Below, one piece after another: positions 63,617-64,000 of a DNA stretch of 64,000 nucleotides. The DNA is taken from positions 1,782-65,781 of the forward strand of contig CAYOSU010000004.1 in NCBI GenBank assembly GCA_964406735.1, written 5' to 3'. The notes below the pieces were generated by a model. It was given only the letters and a program-made list of their open reading frames with translations. It had not been told where the DNA came from and made no database searches. Every line of letters starts with the position of its first letter. The first letter of the stretch is position 1. This DNA comes from an uncultured Clostridia bacterium (lineage in GTDB: Bacteria > Bacillota > Clostridia > Christensenellales > CAMQZB01). The translations under genes and the position numbers were made by a program.

Positions 63617-63638
63617 AAAGGTATCAATTGAATATTTG

Positions 63639-63704
63639 CCAATATATCTATAGATGATACGGTCTGTAAGTTTCTACCGCAACGCCATAAGTTGCGACTA
63701 TTGG
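63639..63704 (+). promoter_or_regulatory. Purine riboswitch aptamer, guanine/hypoxanthine-specific type (C at the specificity position)
   Basis: P1 CCAATA/TATTGG. P2 TATAGA-TGATACGG-TCTGTA. J2/3 AGTTTCTACC. P3 GCAAC-GCCATAA-GTTGC. J3/1 GACT. Near-identical core to B. subtilis xpt (GGAUAUGG...AAGUUUCUACC...CCGUAAAU...GACUAUGG). Confidence 0.85.
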
Positions 63705-63813
63705 GAAAATATCGTTTGTCCGACGAGGGCATTCATATTTATTTTCTTCGGAAGAGTGCTTTCCGCTTTTGGGAAATTGGGAAAGAGAGCTCTCCGTCAA
63801 GGTGTTTTGGCAG

Positions 63814-63840
63814 CAAGTTTAGTTATTAAACTTGTTTTTT
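63814..63840 (+). terminator. Expression-platform terminator of the purine riboswitch
   Basis: CAAGTTTA / TAAACTTG followed by TTTTTT, 42 nt before the xpt ATG. Confidence 0.7.
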
Positions 63841-63881
63841 TAATTGTTTTAAGAAAGAAATTTGTCAAGGAAGATATACCG

Positions 63882-64000
63882 ATGAAGATGCTCGAAGAGA
63901 AGATTTTAACAGAAGGAAAGGTGCTTGAGGGCGGCAAGATTCTGAAAGTAGACGGCTTTTTGAATCACCAGCTCGACGTAAAGCTCTTGTCCTGCCTTGG
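63882..64000 (+). CDS. xpt: Xanthine phosphoribosyltransferase (5' part; runs off the right edge)
   Basis: [36 protein letters not shown] compares with B. subtilis Xpt [31 protein letters not shown]. Confidence 0.85.
   Translation, partial: MKMLEEKILTEGKVLEGGKILKVDGFLNHQLDVKLLSCL

Noticed and set aside
1-64000. CRISPR arrays, rRNA operons, complete tRNAs, IS elements/transposases, or recognisable defence systems (RM, Abi, CBASS and similar)
   Set aside because: I scanned intergenic gaps and ORF translations. No regularly spaced repeats, no full cloverleaf, no transposase or large nuclease/ATPase signatures were seen. The only toxin-like or conflict-related candidates are the Fic protein and the HD hydrolase pair noted above.

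Overview
Chromosomal segment of a spore-forming Clostridia-class Firmicute, judged from the spoIIAA-spoIIAB-sigF operon, Gram-positive style RBS and promoters, and many rho-independent terminators. The left edge (1 to about 2550) is an AT-richer integrative-element remnant. It holds an integrase N-terminus, a replication-type HTH protein, an XRE repressor, a 3' tRNA fragment that looks like an att scar, a receiver-less Spo0A DNA-binding-domain gene preceded by phased 0A boxes, and an HTH gene broken by an in-frame TGA. The rest mixes pectin/hemicellulose side-chain utilisation genes with housekeeping operons. The sugar genes are two GH78 rhamnosidases, a domain-permuted GH3, GH51 plus ribulokinase/araD/araA, and a LacI-controlled GH140-like / split-transketolase / kinase / isomerase cluster. 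The most notable locus is nusB-folD-xseA-xseB-ispA-[~640 nt structured RNA]-4TM protein-tlyA-nadK-argR-recN. This is the signature neighbourhood of OLE RNA, and the RNA has its own promoter and terminator. Two other cis-RNA elements stand out: a guanine-type purine riboswitch before xpt, and an 18-codon Tyr/Phe-rich leader ORF plus terminator ahead of a TrpXYZ-type ABC importer (a candidate leader-peptide attenuator). No rRNA, intact tRNA or CRISPR array was seen. All family assignments come from motif recognition by eye, not from database searches.
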